In this document: positions 60,308-64,000 of the stretch, one piece after another | Layout of the letters: every line of letters starts with the position of its first letter | How positions within the stretch are numbered: position 1 is the stretch's first letter | Assembly: GCA_052168235.1 (NCBI GenBank) | Contig: JBQLZK010000010.1 | Span: forward strand, 1-64,000 | Reading direction: 5' to 3' | Length of the DNA stretch: 64,000 nucleotides | Source of the DNA: Thainema sp. | GTDB lineage: Bacteria; Cyanobacteriota; Cyanobacteriia; Phormidesmidales; Phormidesmidaceae | The notes under the pieces: generated by a model | Databases searched by the model: none | What the model was told of the DNA's origin: nothing | What the model saw: the letters and a program-made list of their open reading frames with translations, nothing else | Program-made: the position numbers and the translations under genes

Positions 60308-61786
60308 ATGTTTGATGCGCTTGCTGATCGGTTAGAAGACGCCTGGAAAAAGTTACGAGGTCAAGACAAGATCTCGGAGTCGAATATTCAAGAAGCACTG
60401 AGGGAAGTGCGGCGAGCACTGCTAGAAGCGGATGCCAACTTCCAGGTTGTCAAAGAATTTGTTGCAGAAGTTCAGGAGAAGGCCAAAGGCGCAGAAGTCA
60501 TTTCGGGCGTGCGGCCTGACCAACAGTTCATCAAGATTGTCCATGAAGAACTGGTTGAGGTGATGGGGGAAACCAACGTTCCCCTGGCTCATGCCCATAC
60601 AGCGCCCACGATTGTGCTAATGGCGGGTCTGCAAGGTACAGGCAAAACCACCGCTTCCGCCAAGCTGGCCCTGCACCTGCGCAAGCAAGACCGCAATGCG
60701 CTGCTGGTGGCGACAGACGTTTATCGACCCGCCGCGATCGATCAGCTGATTACCCTCGGTAAACAAATCGATACGCCCGTGTTTGAACTGGGTTCAGACG
60801 CCAACCCGGTTGAGATTGCCAAGCAGGGTGTTGCCTACGCCAAAGAACAGGGAATTGACACCGTCATCATTGACACCGCTGGTCGTCTGCAAATTGACCA
60901 GGACATGATGGCCGAACTGGCCGAAGTTAAAAAAGCGGTGCAGCCGGATGAAGTGCTGCTAGTGGTAGACGCGATGACGGGTCAGGAAGCGGCAAACCTC
61001 ACCCGCACGTTCCATGAAGAAATTGGCATTACGGGTGCCATCCTAACTAAGTTAGACGGTGACTCGCGCGGTGGTGCGGCGTTATCGGTACGGCGGATTT
61101 CGGGACAGCCGATCAAGTTTGTCGGCATGGGCGAAAAGGTGGAAGCGCTCCAGCCGTTCTATCCCGACCGGATGGCCTCCCGCATCTTGGGGATGGGTGA
61201 CGTTCTCACCCTGGTGGAAAAGGCGCAGGAAGAAGTTGATCTGGCCGATGCCGAACAGATGCAGGAAAAAATCCTGTCGGCTCAGTTTGACTTTACCGAC
61301 TTCCTGAAGCAGATGCGCCTGCTGAAAAATATGGGTTCTCTGGGCGGCATCATGAAGATGATTCCCGGTATGAACAAGATTTCTAGCGATCAGCTAGAGC
61401 AGGGTGAATCGCAGCTCAAGCGGGCTGAAGCGATGATCAACTCTATGACGATGGAAGAGCGGCGCAATCCCGATTTGCTGTCCAACTCTCCCAGTCGCCG
61501 CCGTCGGATTGCCAAAGGTGCAGGCTTCAAAGATAACGATGTCGGCAAGCTGGTCAGTGATTTTCAAAGAATGCGATCGCTGATGCAGCAAATGGGCCAA
61601 GGTCGCATGGGCTTCCCTGGCATGGGTGGTTTTCCCGGCATGGGTGGCGGCGGAATGCCTGGTATGGGCATGCCCGGTATGGGCGGTGGTGGTGGCCCCC
61701 AACCCGGCTGGCGGGATTACGGTGGTGGCGGTCAGTCCAAAAAGAAAAAGAAGGGCAAGAAAAAGAAAGGGTTTGGTCAGTTATAA
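60308..61786 (+). CDS. ffh: Signal recognition particle protein Ffh
   Basis: GLQGTGKTT, DVYRPAA, DTAGR, TKLDGDSRGG, Met-rich M domain, Gly/Met-rich tail. Confidence 0.97.
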   Translation: MFDALADRLEDAWKKLRGQDKISESNIQEALREVRRALLEADANFQVVKEFVAEVQEKAKGAEVISGVRPDQQFIKIVHEELVEVMGETNVPLAHAHTAPTIVLMAGLQGTGKTTASAKLALHLRKQDRNALLVATDVYRPAAIDQLITLGKQIDTPVFELGSDANPVEIAKQGVAYAKEQGIDTVIIDTAGRLQIDQDMMAELAEVKKAVQPDEVLLVVDAMTGQEAANLTRTFHEEIGITGAILTKLDGDSRGGAALSVRRISGQPIKFVGMGEKVEALQPFYPDRMASRILGMGDVLTLVEKAQEEVDLADAEQMQEKILSAQFDFTDFLKQMRLLKNMGSLGGIMKMIPGMNKISSDQLEQGESQLKRAEAMINSMTMEERRNPDLLSNSPSRRRRIAKGAGFKDNDVGKLVSDFQRMRSLMQQMGQGRMGFPGMGGFPGMGGGGMPGMGMPGMGGGGGPQPGWRDYGGGGQSKKKKKGKKKKGFGQL

Positions 61787-62014
61787 GTAGCTGCCTGTGA
61801 AGTCCAGTTGTGTAAGGCGCTATAAATGACGGCTCACGATTTTAGCTAGCGTAAATCACCCGAATATCACCCTCAGGTGGCCATGTAAAAAACTGGCACA
61901 CCTGCAATGATTAACAGTGTCAAGGTGTTGGAGATCACAAATTATTTGTGGTTTATGACACTTTGAGGAGGTGATGAGACGTCGTAATCACTACTCCTGA
62001 AACCCGATGCGTTT

Positions 62015-62047
62015 CCCCGGTTTCCTTTGGAATCGGGGTTTTTCTTT
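62015..62047 (+). terminator. Intrinsic terminator
   Basis: CCCCGGTTTC-CTTT-GGAATCGGGG followed by TTTTTCTTT. Confidence 0.7.
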
Positions 62048-62211
62048 CGTTTTCTAGTCTTGATAGACGAAGTCCAGCGCTACGCGCTGAAGTAAAACCA
62101 ATATTTTTGTGAAAGCCGTGCAGAGCACAGCTTTCACAAAATATTGGTTCTAACCGATAGGCGTAGTGCCATAAAATAGCAGTCTGAAGCGAATCGCAGG
62201 CAAACCAGCAT

Positions 62212-63078
62212 ATGGTCACTTGGCAAGCTGACTTCTATCGTCGTCCGTTGCAGACAGCAGACAATCAGCCCATCTGGGAGTTGTTCATCTGTGATGCGGC
62301 AGGACAAATCATTCATCAAGCGCAATGTCCCCAGTCGCAGGCCAGTGGTGCCTGGTTGGAGGGCGAGATTAAAGCTGCGATCGCAACTCACGCTGCACCG
62401 GACGGCATCCAAGTTTTTCGGCCTCAAAGCGTATCGCTGCTAAAAACCGCCTGTGCGCCCTTGGGTATTGAAGTAGATGCCACCCGCCGCACTCCCGCCC
62501 TTAAACGCTTGCTTGTCCAACAGGCCGCTGTCTATCAGCCCCAAACAAAAACCAACGGCTACGTCTATCTGCCCCTCGCGCTCGACCGTCCCCCACCGAC
62601 TCCCCTTCCGGAAAATCTCTGGGGTGACCAGTGGCGCTTTGCTGCGATCGCGGCTCAAGATTTAGAGCAGTCGTTTGATCATGAGCCAATCCCGTTTCTG
62701 CACTTGCCAGCAGAGATTAAACCCATCCAACTGGGACTGCCCAGCACCAGCCTAATTCCGGGCATCATCGTCTACGGCGGTCGGCAATCCTGGCGCTTGG
62801 CTGAATGGCTCCAGCGAGCCAAGCCTGTGGAACTGCACTATATTCCTGGCGAACCGGATGGCTTGATTCTGGAAGCGGGTCTCGTCGAGCGCTGGATTTT
62901 AGCCACTTTTGACGATGCCGATGTCAAAGCCGCCGCTCGCACCTTTGCCCAACGCCAGCCAGCCGCTCAAGGACTCCACTTCTTACTCATCCAACCCGAC
63001 GACTCCGGCATGACCTACACCGGATTGTGGCTGCTGCAACAGCAAAACGACACCGAAATTAGCCAGGATAATAGATAG
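62212..63078 (+). CDS. Tab2/Atab2 (DUF1092) family RNA-binding protein
   Basis: WQADFYRRP, WELFICD, FRPQ, PP.PLPENLWGDQWRF, GLILEAGLVERW, GLHFLLIQPDDSG.TYTGLWLL. Confidence 0.88.
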   Translation: MVTWQADFYRRPLQTADNQPIWELFICDAAGQIIHQAQCPQSQASGAWLEGEIKAAIATHAAPDGIQVFRPQSVSLLKTACAPLGIEVDATRRTPALKRLLVQQAAVYQPQTKTNGYVYLPLALDRPPPTPLPENLWGDQWRFAAIAAQDLEQSFDHEPIPFLHLPAEIKPIQLGLPSTSLIPGIIVYGGRQSWRLAEWLQRAKPVELHYIPGEPDGLILEAGLVERWILATFDDADVKAAARTFAQRQPAAQGLHFLLIQPDDSGMTYTGLWLLQQQNDTEISQDNR

Positions 63079-63177
63079 AAGCCACAGCTTTCTACACCAG
63101 GTATCGACTCCTCAACCTAGCGCGTTACGATTACTCCCCCTGCCCCCTTTTTGCCCAAGCCCTCGACTCCCCAATTC

Positions 63178-63329
63178 GGTGCATTACGCTTCGCTTTAGC
63201 GTAGCCATACCCGAAGGGTTATACACACCCTACTGACTCCCTTGACTCCCTTTACAGCTTTACCGCCTTACCTTCCTACCCCCTACCCATCCACCCATCT
63301 ACCCCAAACTCCCATCCACCCCCAAACCC
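63178..63329. repeat. REP-like element followed by C-rich short degenerate tandem repeats
   Basis: GGTGCATTACGCTTCGCT...ACACACCCTAC, then GACTCC(T/C)T x2 and CCCATCCA/CCCCAAA units up to the VOC start. Confidence 0.5.
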
Positions 63330-63758
63330 ATGTCCCACCCCATCTTCCACCTCGCCTTCCCCGTCACCAACTTAGACGACACCCGCAAATTCTATATAGA
63401 CGGCCTCGGCTGTGAACCTGGGCGCGAAGGGCCAGGTTCACTCATCCTTAATCTGCAAGGCCACCAGCTTGTCGCTCACGTGGCCCATGAACCGCTAGAG
63501 CCGCAGAGAGGCATTTATCCCCGGCATTTTGGCCTCGTCTTTCCTGAAGAAGCGGATTGGGAAGCGCTGCTCGAACGGGCTCAGAAGCATGAACTTACGT
63601 TCTATCAGCAGCCAAAACTGCGGTTTCCCGCCTTACCGCTGGAGCACCGCACGTTTTTCCTAGTTGACCCTTTTCATAACCTGCTGGAGTTCAAGTTCTA
63701 CCGTCACGCCAGCGCTATCTTTGGTGAAGTGGCCTATGCGCAGGTCGGTGATACGTAG
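63330..63758 (+). CDS. VOC/glyoxalase family protein
   Basis: FHLAFPV, FY..GLGC..GR, GHQLVAH, PRHFGLVF, FFLVDPFHNLLEFK. Confidence 0.9.
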   Translation: MSHPIFHLAFPVTNLDDTRKFYIDGLGCEPGREGPGSLILNLQGHQLVAHVAHEPLEPQRGIYPRHFGLVFPEEADWEALLERAQKHELTFYQQPKLRFPALPLEHRTFFLVDPFHNLLEFKFYRHASAIFGEVAYAQVGDT

Positions 63759-64000
63759 CGCAATGGTTCGTCGAGTAAAGTTGCGATCGCATCCAAGCAG
63801 CGGGGATCGCGAATCATCCAGGAATGCAGCAGCACGGGAAAGGTCAGTTCTTGTCCCACCGGCAGTTGCGAACTATGGGCCGGCACAATCATCAGGTCAA
63901 ACGGCGTCCACAGGGACGTGAAGTTGAGCCGATGTAGCCGACTTAAATCCTGATTCAGGGCTTGCAGAAAAGGACTGCCGGGACGCATCTGATAGCAGCC
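63734..64000 (-). CDS. 3' end of an alpha/beta-hydrolase (small cyanobacterial lipase/esterase), truncated by the window edge
   Basis: GCYQMRPGSPFLQALN...FTSLWTPFDLMIVPAHSS...HSWM; reading frame is open to the edge; overlaps the VOC 3' end by 25 bp. Confidence 0.72.
   Translation of the reverse strand, partial: GCYQMRPGSPFLQALNQDLSRLHRLNFTSLWTPFDLMIVPAHSSQLPVGQELTFPVLLHSWMIRDPRCLDAIATLLDEPLRYVSPTCA

Overview
Cyanobacterial DNA: the HIP1 octamer GCGATCGC is abundant, and the glucosylglycerol genes imply a salt-tolerant strain. The window has three parts. (1) About 1-44 kb is a visibly AT-richer, HIP1-poorer cell-surface island. It carries Wzc and Wza, gmd and fcl, a WecB/TagA glycosyltransferase, and a ~17-kb co-directional run of six sulfotransferase-like genes, six further glycosyltransferases, a fused ABC exporter and a Wzy-like membrane protein. 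This is a candidate sulfated, fucose-containing exopolysaccharide system. Three very large modular extracellular proteins lie in and beside it, one with a near-perfect 1155-bp internal tandem duplication. (2) About 44.5-45.5 kb is a cluster of IS remnants (ISAs1, a TA-flanked MITE, IS4-like, IS1). (3) About 45.5-64 kb is core-like. It has a glucosylglycerol locus (ggpS-glpD-gpsA plus an MFS sugar transporter, divergent from gghA), a YdcF gene, a histidine kinase, a GAF protein whose C-terminal domain looks like a divergent class III nucleotide cyclase, ffh, a structured intergenic RNA candidate, Tab2, a VOC protein and a partial lipase. No rRNA, tRNA or CRISPR array was seen. All family calls come from motif recognition by eye; no searches were run.
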